From Stylophora pistillata (taxonomy: Eukaryota), in the NCBI RefSeq assembly GCF_002571385.2, contig NW_019218172.1, positions 197,133-261,132 of the forward strand: a stretch of DNA of 64,000 bases, read 5' to 3'. This document shows positions 12,219 to 25,634 of the stretch, one piece after another. Position 1 is the first letter of the stretch. The number at the start of each line of letters is the position of its first letter. The notes beneath the pieces were generated by a model. It saw only the letters and a list, made by a program, of their open reading frames with translations. It did not search any database and was not told the origin of the DNA. The position numbers and the translations under genes are program-made.

Positions 12219-13180
12219 TAGTCTCCCTTGCAGCTGTTTTTAGTCTCATCAGGCAATGCTCCTCCCCACAAATGGCTGCTCACATTAAAACTACATTCCT
12301 TTTCCTTTGTTGTCTTTGCTCCAATGAGGTTACTGACATCGTTTCTTATGTGACCAATCAGACCACAAGAGATTGTAATCAATATCATTTTCTCTGCATT
12401 TTCAAATTCTACATATGATCATAGTTTCTTGATGAAGGAAACGCAGAGGAAGGTTTTGCAAAGTGATTGTTGCTCTATTTGATCCACTTCACTTGAGAAA
12501 AAAGAAAAAATTTATGTTTTTGGAAAAAGCTCTTTTGATTTTCCGGTGATTATTAGTTCCTGTCTGGATGTGAATGTGAGCTGCTATTCAGTGACCAGCG
12601 AGTTGTCAGTTTGTAAAGCTTGCTACCGATGATTGATCAAGTTCAAAAAGGCCTCTGATCATCTTGAAGAGCTCAAAGATGAATTGAAGGGAATCTTCAA
12701 GGATCGCGAACTTCCCAGAACGAAGCGCTTATTGAACGTTGAGAGCGACAGTGGAGAAATCCAAGCTTCATGCCATGGGAAATCCTTGAAATGTTTACAA
12801 TTCAATCTGATCAATGCCACTTGTACTTGCAATGCTACAGCCAATTCTAGTATTTCTACCATGATCAGCGAACAGGTACATTATACTCCGGCAAGATTTC
12901 CTATTGGTTCTATTGGTGTGTCTCCTATTCAAAGTCATCTATACGGATTTGTGCTAGAAGCTTTCCCTAGTCAACTGACAGTAAGATAGACTGCTTTGAG
13001 TAGATAAGTCAAGGCCTGTGATTGGTTAGCATGTTTTGGTGCAGACACTTTCCAGAATATGGTAAGTAAATGCTGATTGGTTGAAATCCTGAATGGAATG
13101 CAGTTCGAATGTGAACAGCCTTTTCTGGGGGAGTTATTCGCCTGGCGTGACGATTCTGGAAATGGCTGCAAAGCAGTCTA
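12219..13180. mobile_element. Non-autonomous DNA transposon, AcademH-like
   Basis: TAG...CTA termini with imperfect TIRs and a perfect 9-bp TSD CACTGGAAG (12210-12218, 13181-13189). Internal VCKACY zinc-finger-like remnant near 12600-12720. Confidence 0.75.
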
Positions 13181-13779
13181 CACTGGAAGTGGTAGGCAAA
13201 AATTTCCTTATTAGGATTCTTTACATTCAGTATTCATTACAATCTCCTGGTACCAATTAGGGTTTAGATTTTCTGGTAGTTTTTAATAGATTTCTTTAAA
13301 ACACGTGAAACTATGTCTTGAACTTCTTGCACTCAGGGAAATCCTAAGAATATGGAAAGACTGTCCATGTGGAGAGACAATTTGAATTTATTCTTTAGAC
13401 CCCTGTGGTTGTCTTCTTTATTCCTCTGTTTTACCATCACAACAAAACTGTTTGGGTTTTGTTTCAGACTTACATCCACATACTTATCTTAACTGTAGAT
13501 CAAGTAATATACTTAGGTTTCACTCTTTGGTCTTAACTTCATTCTTGCTTGATTCTGTGTTGAAACTATTAAAGTAATTTCTGTAAAGAAAAATTGCATG
13601 TATTTAATCAGTAATGTGATATGGAATTTGCTAGTAGAGAAATGCTATGAGACTGACTGAACTTCTTAGATTAATATCAAAGACAATTTAAAAAACAAAT
13701 GAAATTTGGTGTTTTGGAGAAGACAAACTACTGGTGACTCTGTAGTTTGGATGGTGGCTTACAGAGGATGAAAACATGA

Positions 13780-13946
13780 TCCACGTAAATATTGAGTGGT
13801 TAAAATTCCACATAGTAGGAGGCCAAACACTCCGCTTTATAAACGGTGGAGTCAAAGAGTTGAACTTGGGAAAAACAAAGAAACAATTATCCGAGTAGTA
13901 TGGTGGAGACCTTGAAGCACCAGATTACAATACATTCCATTAGGCC
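13780..13946 (-). mobile_element. Old degraded tRNA-SINE fragment
   Basis: GAGTTGAACTTGGG...CCGAGTAG...CCTTGAA...CCAGATTACAA resembles the reverse complement of a SINE head. Confidence 0.4.
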
Positions 13947-15412
13947 AACAGCTTTGTTCATCACTCTCCACAATTGTTTAATTACCTCAAAAGGATACGA
14001 GTGTAACCTTGATGACTAAAATAGAAGAGCATAATGTAGCTTGTGCACTTTGTATAATAAACATCCTAAAGGAGTTAAACATGGGAATTTCTTTTAAGAC
14101 AGGTTGAAAGTTGGCTTGGGATACCCCTATGCTAACCCTGCATAAGCAATAGATGCTCCCTCTAATCTGGGAATCTTAATCTGAAGGAATTGAATAACAT
14201 TGATAATTATGTTATTGATTTGAAACACAATGTCATTAAAATGAAATTTGCCAGAAAAGGTATCCGAATATGGAGGGGATCTTTTACTCAAAATTTAAAC
14301 TTTACTTGGCTTCTTAAATATGGTCATTTACTTTGGGAACAAAATGCTGATCTGTTACTCTTGTGAGCTAAAAAGCTGTTTCCTTTTACACCCTCTGGCT
14401 AAATGAAGAAAACAACAAGAATTTGTTTTCATGTCTCCCCTAAAATGGTTATCGCATCCAAGAAACCTACCCCACCCCTCAGAATATCCTGTCTCCCCAG
14501 GAAGGGGATGGAGACTTAGCAGAGTGGCCTATAAACTGACCTTTAGTGGTTAGGAGAGAACTCTTCATAGCTTCCTTTCGAAGTTGGTGAGTGACACGCT
14601 TCTACATTTGAATGTCAAGGGCCTACTTTGGATGCGTTTGATTGATCTCCGGTTTGTTTTCATGGTCAACCAGTCTGGTGGTCAGCTGTGGAGCAGAGAG
14701 GCATTTTGTCTGCGCATGTTCCATTAAATTTTTGGTTGTTGCGATTAACCGCTGGTATGCCCCCGCGCTGCGCGAACACATTTGTTTCCTGCCAATTGTA
14801 CGAAGTGATGTGGTGGTAGTGGGGAATGAATTACAATGGGGCGTCTATTTGTGTTTGTTGTCATTCTTGTGATTTTTTCTCAATGTTACTTCACTAGAAG
14901 CGCGAAAAAATCGAAAAATGGTTGTATAATATGTGGGAGTAAGTCCCAAACACATAATTTTCAGAAGGCAAAAAATTATAAGGGATTTTAGTTGTTGTTT
15001 TGGGATAGTAGGAAGATCGATTGATGCAGAGAAAGTTAATTGTGAAGGATGTAGAAGGGCTGTGAAAGAACACCGGAAAACTGGACATTCATTTCGGCAT
15101 GTTAGTGCTATCTCATGCTATCACTGTACATTTGAAGAAACCACTTAATAAGCAGAGATTACAATTTAACAAACGTTTTTTTTTATTCAAAAGTTTGTTG
15201 ACATGAATTGCAACCAGAGGGGGCGAATACGCAAACACAAAAGATCAATGTTGATTAGAGAAAAGACAGATAGTGGTGTCGATAGCCATAGTACTAGAGA
15301 GGTGGTAGTTGTATCCAGGGAGAGTTTAATAGAAATGGAGGAAAAATTAAGGATTTTCTCAGAAAGTAAGTAAACTTTTTTTCAATCATTTTTCTCAGAA
15401 ATACCATCAGAT

Positions 15413-17213
15413 TTGGAAGCTAGAATAAGCAATAACAGTTCAAAACATACTTTGAAAAAAAAAAGATGTTTCTCTGCCAAATTTCCTGAACACTTCATTT
15501 TGAACAAACTACCCCTNNNNCTAATAATTGATGATTACACAGCCATCCACACGAAAAGAAGGCCACAGAAGGAAAAATTGTCAGAGGCAAAGACAATGTG
15601 TACTCTAGTTGTTAAAGCTTTTAAAGATATTCAAGCTGTACCAGCAACACATGCCCTTTGTACACATGACCAAAATGGTATAGACATTGAATCCTGCATA
15701 CAACTAATTACTGCTGCATCATCTATGCATGACATCAGTAACAGTTATGCTTCTGTGATGCCTGACTGGCTGACAAAAGCATTTTTTAATCCTGAACTTG
15801 AGAGACATAGATTAAACATTCATCAATACTGTGACAGTGAAAATGTGAGAATGATGCGTAAAATGGATGATTTGCACCTCTTAGATTTTGTAGAACTTAG
15901 ACTGAAGTCAAAGGGAGACTTTGATACTGCCTATGATGTGGCAATGAGCACTGGCTTGGCTGCTTATTTAAAGAAATTTACTGTTTTTCAGCCAGGGGAT
16001 TGGCCAAGCCAATTTTACTGTAGACAAATCATATACGAATCACTTAAGAAGTTTGTCAGCTCTCATCCTGGATTTTCAGATATTCCTCCACAACAGGAAT
16101 TCATTCCATCTGATCATTCCTCATATTCTTTTCCAATGACATCTGGTACTACTGATAATCTCTTGAACAACAGCTTGCCACAAGAAACATCACAGCCATC
16201 CATTCTGTCTATAGTACCCACTATTGGGCCTCTTCACATTTCCTTAAATAGCAGAGAACATATTGTTAATTCCTATCATCCATTTTTCAAAAAAATATAT
16301 GAAACAATTTTCCCAAGAAGCAAATTGGCAGATAATCCCAAACCCTGGAGAGTTAGTCTTATTCTCGAGATTGTTTATGGTGGTTGGACACTTATACCGC
16401 ACAACGTAATGGCAAAGTTCTCCAGGTTCAAAGACGTAGGGTATGGGACCCTATTCAATTTACTAGACAGCTATATACCTTTGGTGTTGTCAATGTATAG
16501 CATTTCTTTCAAATTTAACAATTTCTCTGAGTACTTAAGAGCAATGATCAGAATTTGGATAATGTTTACTAGCCTCCAACGCCGGCACTATAACAAAGCA
16601 CCACTTGTTTGGATCAACATGTGTTCTCACTGGGGAAAACATGCTCCACAACTATATCGACTACTCAAGAATTACACTGCTATTTTTTGATGAATATCCT
16701 GTGGAAAACACTCATAGTATACTTCGTTCTCAGACAAAAGGTTCTGATACTGCAGATGAACTCAGGAAAAAGGCAAAGTCCATTTTCCAGTCAAAAGATA
16801 AACAGTCCCACTACAGGTCATTTTTCTCCACACCTAAGCAGTCTTCTTTCTCACACAACCAACTGCGCTTATTAAAAGTAAGATGTGCTCAAGTACTGTC
16901 TTCCATGTTTAAAAAAATCTCGCAGAGTCCAGGACAGAGTCTCTTCTTTTCAAACAACAGATGCAACACAAGTATCCCAACTCATGTCACACTGCCAACA
17001 ATGTCTCCCAACAAAAATATGACAACTGCTGTATTACCTCTAGGGTATCACTGTGATATCCAGCCAAATCAAACAAAACAATGTGATTTACCTCAGTGTA
17101 ATATTTCCAGCCTAGATGAGAATTGGACCCTCTTGCATGGTTGTCATCACTCATTCCATGATGTTTGCCTTGAAGGATCAACTTCATGCCCACTCTGTAA
17201 GGGATTTCTGGTT
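15413..17213 (+). CDS. Putative DDE-type transposase-like protein with C-terminal RING finger (one frameshift; truncated by gap)
   Basis: 425-aa ORF (IIDDY, PGDWPSQ, GPLHISLN, RRHYNKAPL) joins the next frame at the T-run near 16683 (IFDEYPVENTHS) and ends with CDLPQC...CHHSFHDVC...CPLC. Confidence 0.55.
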
Positions 17214-19000
17214 TTTTNNNNNNNNNNNNNNNNNNNNNNNNNNNNNNNNNNNNNNNNNNNNNNNNNNNNNNNNNNNNNNNNNNNNNNNNNNNNNNNNNNN
17301 NNNNNNNNNNNNNNNNNNNNNNNNNNNNNNNNNNNNNNNNNNNNNNNNNNNNNNNNNNNNNNNNNNNNNNNNNNNNNNNNNNNNNNNNNNNNNNNNNNNN
17401 NNNNNNNNNNNNNNNNNNNNNNNNNNNNNNNNNNNNNNNNNNNNNNNNNNNNNNNNNNNNNNNNNNNNNNNNNNNNNNNNNNNNNNNNNNNNNNNNNNNN
17501 NNNNNCTCTGCTCAGCTGTGGTATTTTCCATCCCGGGAAATTCCGCTGACCGGAAATCATTATGAATCGAGTGTTCAAAGTGTCACGTCCACGTTAAGTG
17601 AAACACTATCATTCTCGACACCAATCTCGCGTTACTGAAGTGCCGAGGACAGTGATGCCATTTGCAAGCAGCATTTATTAAGCAGGAGGTTCGTACAGTC
17701 ACTTTGGTCTGTAGCTAAAATTATATTGAGGTTGACTTGCCTAAGATAGCTTTGCTAGACGAGGCAATTTCCTTTAAAGTAGAAGGTTGTTCGTTGGTCG
17801 TAAAATCTACCGAGTGCGCTTCGAATGCTTCGAGACATCCATGTCTTTCTTTGTCCGCTGAAAACAACAAACTGAACTTGGTTTCTTTCGTGCTTGGGCA
17901 ATTTTGAGACGTTTCCAATACTTGGGAAGGGAAGGGAGTGGAAGATAGAAGATATCTTTGAACACAATGCGTGTCTTGTCTTGCGTGATGTCCCCCCTTT
18001 GCAAGACTAATAAATGTAGATGTAGAATGCACCCGAGAACACGATGCACCCGAGATTGACAGCTTCATGTCGGGGTAACACCGTCATTTGTGATCGTTTG
18101 ATTATAAGACTTCTCAATTTCACTTTGCTTAGCTTAAACCGTCAGTTTTCTCGACAAATGTTTTTATTTTCTTTGAGTAGTGGAGTTTGTACATGCGATA
18201 AGAAACAGCTTCATCGTTTGCTCATTTCGAACAGAGCAGTAGTTCGAATTTGCATGGAACGTGCAAATAACACCTCGGCGGCTCTCACGATTAATCAAAG
18301 AAGTAAATGAGAGTACAACATTTGCGTGTATTCTGGTGTTTCAATGTGAATACAAATGGTAAGTTTCTTCTAGAAAGTAACCAACAATCCTCTTTCGCTT
18401 GAAAAAAAAATTAAAATGGCCTTTGTTGATAAGCAAAACCAAAGCGCTCTCCAGGGTTCGGTGACGAGAGATTCCAGGGAGAACTGGAACGTGGTTTTCT
18501 TTACTAACGAATGGTACAAGCTCTGATGGAACTAAGTCTCGGTATTGTTAGGTTTTTCCGCAAAGTGATGAGATTGTTGTTACATTATCCAAGCACTCCT
18601 AACAGGAGTCACAAGATTGTAGATGCGAATGATATATGATGACGTATGGGATAATCATAAGTCACCCCGGTTCATTATTTGTTCTTGTTTGTCGCCAACT
18701 AATAACATGAAACCATAATGTAACACAACATATCCCCATACGTATTATCCCCATACATATTACTTTTTTGAGAACTGTGTCATTGTCAGTCGCAAACTGT
18801 TGACTTTGTCTGAGGATGAATTGTCCCAGAAATCATCTGAAGCCTCTGTGGATAGTGAACATCCTGTAATCTATTGAAATAAATTATCTAAATTTTCAAA
18901 ATTCAATCAAGGTTAGAATCTCATTTGGTACCTTTATACAATGTAGTTCAATGTTTAGATCAGTCAATCAATGTTTTTTAAATGCTCTGCTGAACTTTAA

Positions 19001-21081
19001 AGTGCCCCTGAGATGAAAATTGACCATTTTATTTTGGGCTAATTTTTTATTTACAGAATTTTGAATTGGGTTAAAACCCTTTTTGCCATTAAAAACTCAA
19101 AACAAACCTTGAATGACCAATTTTTACAGCTTTAAAGTTGTCCAGAAATCGTCCGCCATTGCTGAAAACATGTTCCAACCAAGCCCGCAATTGTACACCA
19201 GAAAAGGTCATCATGACATCAAAGGCTCAACAAACTTATGCTTTGCTTTGTCACAACTCTCGGTGTTCACTGCAAAGAGAATCATACATATTACTTTTTT
19301 GAGAACTGTGTCATTGTCAGTCACAAAATGTTGACTTAGTCTGACGATGAATTGTCCCAGAAATCATTTGAAGCTTCTGTGGATAGTATTGCGCTGGCAA
19401 ACAATGAATTTTTGCTGTGCAAATAAAGATAAATACAGAACGGCATGAACTCCCCATATGCCTTTTGTGGTTGTATCGCTTTGTCACCTTCGAATTGTAC
19501 TTTTGCTTGCTATAAGGGATTTTCCTTTTTTGTTAGAAATGATTGAGTGATATATAAAATTTGTTTTCGGCAATGGCTGATATCAATCTCACTTAAATTG
19601 GTCTGATTTCACATTCTTTTGTCATGGGTGTTGGGATGAATTTGAGACCCCTTGATAGCTTGCTGACTTGGCTGTCAGAAGGTTGATAGTTTAGAGCCAC
19701 CTTTAACGAACCACCTCCCGGTTAGCTCAATTGGTTGAGTGCCAGACTGTTGTGTGGGAGGTCGAGGGTTCAAGCCCCGGCCGGACCAACACTGAAGGTC
19801 TTAAAAATAACCTAGGAGAATGTGCTACCTTTCTATATATCAACAAGAAATGGATAGACATTCTAGTCTCCTCGGATAAGAACGAATAAACCGTAGCTCC
19901 CGTCTCCTGCATCTATTAGTTAATTTGGTTAGGCAGGGGACGTTAAAGAACCCAATCATGAGATTACTGTGATGTGGTCTGGCCTGTTTACTGGGAATTG
20001 GGGGGTGGGGGCATCTGTTAGATTCACCTTCTGTTGATTGTAAACTGCTTAGCAGTCTGGTAAAGTCCCCCACACAGTGTTGTAAAGCGCCACGGGGTTA
20101 GGATATGAGCGCTATATAAATAAAAGTTACTATTATTATTATTATTAAGAGGTGTTTTAAGAAATTTTCATTTTCTCAGTTTTTTGGCTGCAAGCCTACA
20201 TTTTAAAGTGTTTCTACGCTCTGTGTCTTAAGCTGTTTATTCTACTTTGGCTGATATTAAAGCCACCTATTTTTAGAGTCGGAGCACACAATTATATTTT
20301 TCATCTCTTTTATATAAAAGTGAGCTCTTTGAGGTGAGAAATCTCATTCCTCAACTGGGCTATTTTATCATACTTATTTACAATGTTCACCAAGTACTTT
20401 TCTTTCTGTTAGATATTCTGCCAGAGAGTTGTTAAAGTTGGATATTGATCAGCGCATATGGTAAAGGTGACAAAACCCATGGAGGTTCATAGACTTCACT
20501 TTCGTGGAGATCACACTGAGGATGATTTTTCTCATCCCTTTTGAACGGTAAGCACTGAACCCAACAGAATTCTTCACCTAGATCCTTCAAAGTACACAGC
20601 TCTCTTGAAACATTCCTCCGAGAAGTGTTCGGAGTAGATCACAACTATTCCTGCAGGATTGAAGTTTACTCTGTGAATTCACAAAAATCGCAACCGTTTT
20701 TCCCACTCTGATCTATTGCAATGCTCCGATGCAGAGAAATACCTGCAGCAGGGTCTGCACGATTACTTCAGCTTTGAATTATGCATCGATGCCTTGTCAT
20801 TTTTGTTTAGTTTTTGTAACAAGCACTCTGTTATGTTTGCTTGACATTTTGCCATGTGAGATTTTCGTGTTGAGCCTTTGACGTCACTTCCTCTGAGTTC
20901 TGCGATCAACTTCTGGAACATGGTCAAATAATGGCAGATGCGAAATAGCAAATTTAATGGCTCGAAAAAAGATATTTCTGGTGCTTGGCCTAGACTGAAA
21001 TTTGGCAGAGTAGGTGAAGGAGACATACCGAACAGGAAAATAAAGAAAGTGATGTACGAAACTTTTGATCTCAGGGGCACC
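19001..21081. mobile_element. Kolobok-like non-autonomous transposon
   Basis: TTAA on both flanks (18997-19000, 21082-21085). TIR AGTGCCCCTGAGATGAAAA / TTTTGATCTCAGGGGCACC plus inner inverted matches (19213 vs about 20870). THAP remnant on - at about 20580-20850 (VVIYSEHFSEECF). Confidence 0.85.
19711..20147 (+). mobile_element. tRNA-derived SINE with Deu/Nin-like domain and L2-type tail
   Basis: A box TAGCTCAATTGG, B box GGTTCAAGCC, core CTCGGATAAGAACGAATAAACCG...GGACGTTAAAGAACCCA, tail TGTAAAGCGCC...GCGCTATATAAAT(TAT)n. Confidence 0.88.
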
Positions 21082-21097
21082 TTAACACACAGTCTTT

Positions 21098-21360
21098 CAA
21101 TGAATGAATGAAAAATCTGTTATTGATTAATTAAACCAAACACTTGCAGACATGTGCAAGTTTACACTACAGTATCTAAAAAGTATCACTTACTTTACAA
21201 ACATTAAACTAGATGAAGTTTAAAAGCGATCTATTAACAAAGCAGCACTTAAAGTGCTCTGTGCAAATATAAGGTAGGATATTGTCATGACCATGTTGAC
21301 GTAAAGATTGATGTGTACGTTTGTTTGGAAGGAAATCTGTTAAAGAATGTGTATCTGTAG
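21098..21360 (-). mobile_element. LINE (L2/CR1 group) 3' end
   Basis: HSLTDFLPNKRTHQSLRQHGHDNILPYICTEHFKCCFVNRSLLNFI* followed by a (TTCA)n tail. Confidence 0.7.
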
Positions 21361-21399
21361 CTGTGATTTTTTCCCATAGTTATCTATTCCTAGTTTGAA

Positions 21400-23560
21400 T
21401 TACATCACTGATGAATATGTACTCTTTGGTGTAGCCATATTTCAGTGATCTGGTGGCTTCTTCTTGGGTTGTGAATATGTTGAATTGTGGTCTTGTACTT
21501 GGCCTCCTTTCTAATGGATCATTTGTGGGATAGTGCTTGGAGGTTCTGGTTGTATCTTAATGTTTTGCCAGATTAAGGAATATCTTGGGCTGAGGATGTG
21601 GAGTGTGTAGAGCCCTCCCTAAGTTGGAGCTGTTAACTGACCCCTTGATTTCTTCATATGGTTACCTGTATCTTCCATATGTGTTAGCATTGGCAGTTTT
21701 GACTGTTTGACCTTTCCTTGAGGTGCTTTGTACCTACCTCCTTGTCCCACACCTTCTTTCCAGCTGTGAATGGTTTTGTCAACACTACATCATCTTCCAA
21801 AAGTTGTGCAAGGTCCTTGGCAGATTTGTTTTAGAGTTCTATCTGCTTCTCATGCTGTATTCAAGGGGCAGTCACTCATCTGTCTGGTAAAACTGAATTT
21901 TCCAAAGGCTCCAACCCCTAAAAATGTGCATCTTTGTTTGCAAAGCATAATGGCATTGTCTGAAATTACTCTTACCAGTATAAACAGATTACAAGTTAAA
22001 ATGTTTTAATTTGCTCTATGAGCTAGCTCCAAAGCTATGGAAATTAATCTCTGGGCATGGTGTCTTGAGCATTACTTTGGTAGTGATACAAATTCTAGAG
22101 GCTCTTGGATGTTGAGGGGACCATTGAGCCCACCTTTGGAGGCACTGTCAAAGTATTTGCATTTCAGTTACATACTGGGCTGACTTTTTAAGCCACTTTT
22201 TCACTGTGTCCTTCATCAAGGTTCTTCTGTAGTTGTATTAAGCTATTTCTATGGCCTTTGTTTCTGAGCAGTGTGATAAAGAAGGGATATATCAGGAGGG
22301 GAAAACAGCCTCTTGATGGTGCTGCATTAGTTTGTTCCTCAGTAATGTTCTCCTATAATTGTCTTAAGCTAATGCCAAGGCCCTTGTTAGCAGTGAAATA
22401 TGTCTGCTATCACAAGCATATTGCTAGGTAAGCAAAACCAGGAACTGAACTTGAAGGCTTGTGCCAAGTTGTTTTACAATCTCAGGACTGCAGCTGCTAC
22501 CTCCTTGTACAACACTTACATTGTAGGTACTCGGAAGCAAACTGTTTATTTAAAAACACCCTTCACAATCCAAATGACTGAATAATGTTCCTCTGACATG
22601 AAAGAGTAATCTAGTGTAAAACTTCAATATATATCAACTTATAATATCCACAAATAGTAAAAGATAATAGAATGTCATGAAATACTCATAATAATGGGAA
22701 TAACCAGTCTCATATTTTCAAAACAAAAATATCTTTATAGATACATACCTACATACAATGACTTAAGTATGTCTTAAGAATTGTCTCTGTCACAAATTGC
22801 ATTGAACAAAAAATTAGGCCATCCATCTGGGAGCAAGGGATATTCTGAAAATTATGTACTGTTACCATGAAAAGAAATTGCATGTTAATAGCACTTGATA
22901 CAAAAACCCTTATCCTGATTCCTAACCTGATTGGGGAGGGCTGTTAAAGCTGTTGGTACCTGCTTGGGTTCTGGCTGAGCCTCAGGGCCACAACTACTCT
23001 TAGCTACTTGTGGCACAGGCACTTCTGGTTCAGGAGCTTGTATTGAGTTAGATGCCTCTGGGGTAGGTGGCTGAAGTATATTGAGTTTGTTAGACTACAG
23101 TGGAATTGCAGAATAATTGAAACAGTTATCTGAGTTTTGAAAATTACCTAAATTATTCTTTTCTTGGTCAGCCATGGCACATACCTCGTTACATCTCTGC
23201 AGTGGTACAAGGTGTTTTCTAGTTGACACATGGATAATGAATTTAAGTTTTCCAACATATTTTTCTCATGGCAGACCATCAATGAGTGAGGAGACAACTT
23301 CCTTTGATGCACGAGTTTTGTTTCGTTGAGTGTAACTTGCTATTGAAAATTTAATAAAATTGGTCAAGTTTCACTTGGAATCATACAAGCAAACCCCATG
23401 AAATCCAATGATTTGTCATGTAAGCTTGTCTTTACATTCATTTCTGAGAACCCTCATCCCAATGTACTGTTAGTGGTTCATTGTCTATGAGGCAGCTAAT
23501 TGCATTTGTTCATCTGCAAGCTTTACCTATAGTGTTGTGAACATAATACATTTTAAATGT
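21400..23560 (-). mobile_element. Very old LTR-retrotransposon-like (RNase H/integrase) remnants
   Basis: Weak remnants such as RWAQWSLNIQEPLEFV and a GPY-like segment. No long ORF. Confidence 0.3.
22560..23065. repeat. Dispersed repeat, copy 1 (copy 2 at about 25635-26140)
   Basis: Shared GCCATCCATCTGGGAGCAAGGG, CATGAAAAGAAATTGCATGTTAAT and GGTTCTGGCTGAGCCTCAGG. Confidence 0.8.
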
Positions 23561-23942
23561 GGGTTACTTAACTTATTGTTCAGTATCTAAAATTTGACAG
23601 GTTGTTAAATTCAATTGTGCTAGTTTTATATTATAAATCAGTGATCTTTAAAACAAACCATGAGTTCTTTAACTAAAAATTTAAGATTGGTTTTAATCAT
23701 GTGTGATGGAATGTGAGGATAGCACCACTGGGATACTGGAAAATACAAATGTAGTAATTGTTACTTCCTCCTTTGCATTTCCAAGGAGTATATCTATCTC
23801 ATCCTGCAGTAGCACAAGGTATGCTGGCATGAATTATGATGATAATATTTCCTATAGAAAATTGTAATTCTCTTTGGCCATTCATTTGAGGGTATTCAAG
23901 GGAGTGAACAACACAACTGGATTCTTGAACCTCTATTCTTAA

Positions 23943-25050
23943 CCCTTTCACGCCCAAGGGTGTCTATCTAGGTAAATGCCCTTAGTGCCCATGGGGTTCA
24001 GTTGTCATGGTGACTTCTGAAAGGCCAATTTGAAATTTTCATATATGATAAGTACCATCTCTGATATGAGAAAACTGTTCTTGCCATGTTAGGCTTGGTG
24101 TTGTGGTTCTTGAGACAATCTAAGCAGAACGTCTTACCACACGAATCACAGCCCATCCTGTAGAACAGTGGGTTTTTTCCTTTTGACCATCTCCTACATC
24201 TTCACTTACTCATTTTTACTAACCAATGTCCTGTCTGAACAGTTGCCTCTTAAACAGCTTGTTGCCACGATGATAACTTGCTGATTGGCATCTTGACCAT
24301 TTCAAGGAGAAACTGAAACCACATAAAGTTTGGATGATTATCTGATATTTGCATCAAAATATGTGCATTTACAATGCTTACATCCAAATAAAACAATAAC
24401 AGGTACCACCACCATTTATATGCCCTTCTCAATGTATCATATACTATCTCAATGGATCACTGAGATCGATACCCCCCATGTATTTGTTGTGAAGCTTTCC
24501 CATGGAAGCGAAGAAACTTTGATGTATGTTCTATCATTCCACTTTCTGCACATGTTTTCGCTTCCCCTTGCATCACACTGGGTACTAAGAAATGCCATGA
24601 CTTTCTTGTCCTTCCACATGGATGCTACAATGTTACCTTTTCTACAAAAAGACAGTTTCACCATGATAAGGCACTTTCACTTTGAGCATGCTGGCTTTCT
24701 AGGTGGATGGAAAGTCAGTTCTGTTGGCTTGTGTTGTTCAGTAAAGATAGAGTTTGTCAGACAGCAAACTTCAGCCAGTGGAACTGAAAAAAAAAAAATT
24801 TTTGCTAAAGATGTGATAATTTTTCTTTTTCAGATCGCTCACAAGGTTGCAAACAACCTCGTGTTTGAGACCGTGTTTGGGCTATCTCCATCGTTTTTAC
24901 ACATGTGAACTTACAAAGCACTTACTGAACCATTCGTTGCATCAGCGTGGACCCACACTTTAATTCCGCATTTCAGAGGCTTCATGGGCATGTATTGTTT
25001 GAAGCCAAGTCTTCCTTTGTAGTTGACCATTCCTTCATAAATTGAAATGA
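23943..25050 (-). mobile_element. piggyBac transposon remnant (PGBD4-like transposase)
   Basis: TTAA-CCC terminus at 23939-23945. Remnants YKGRLGFKQYMPMKP..GIKVWV, WKDKKVMAFLST, YMGGIDLSD and KWWWYLLLFYLDVSIVNA. Confidence 0.88.
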
Positions 25051-25634
25051 ACTTAGATGATTGATCTTCTTTCTCCATGGTGCACAAATATGTGAATGGT
25101 GGTAGAATTGGCCTCTTCTCCCTCAGGATTTGAAGGGTTTGGCAAAGTAAATTTGGTCATGACCATGTCAAAGCTGAAGATAATGCTAGGGTGAGATGAT
25201 CTAGAAGCAAGTCAGTGTTTGTTGTTGGTGGCATGCATGACTAAACCTGAAAAATTGGCAAAACAATAGAAAACAGTCCAAGTCTCTCAAATTTAAAATG
25301 GAAGCTATCACTATTGCTGCAGACAATGACACAACTCTTGACCGAATGAAGTAACTGATAAAGATTGAAGTTAACTTCCTGGATGTTTTCTGAACTCCCA
25401 CATGTGAAATGGCTTAAACTCCAGTATTTCCAATGACTCTTCGGTGCTGTGAATCTTAAGTAATTATCTGTCTATTTCAATTTCTTTTTTGAGCAACTCA
25501 TTTGCAGGAAGCTAGCCAGTGAAGTCATATTTCAAACACTAATTATGTTTGGATGGGGCAGTTGTCTGAGACACTTCATATCCTTTTTCATTCAAATGAG
25601 TAACTTGTCAGACAAATTGTTTATTAAAAAAAAT

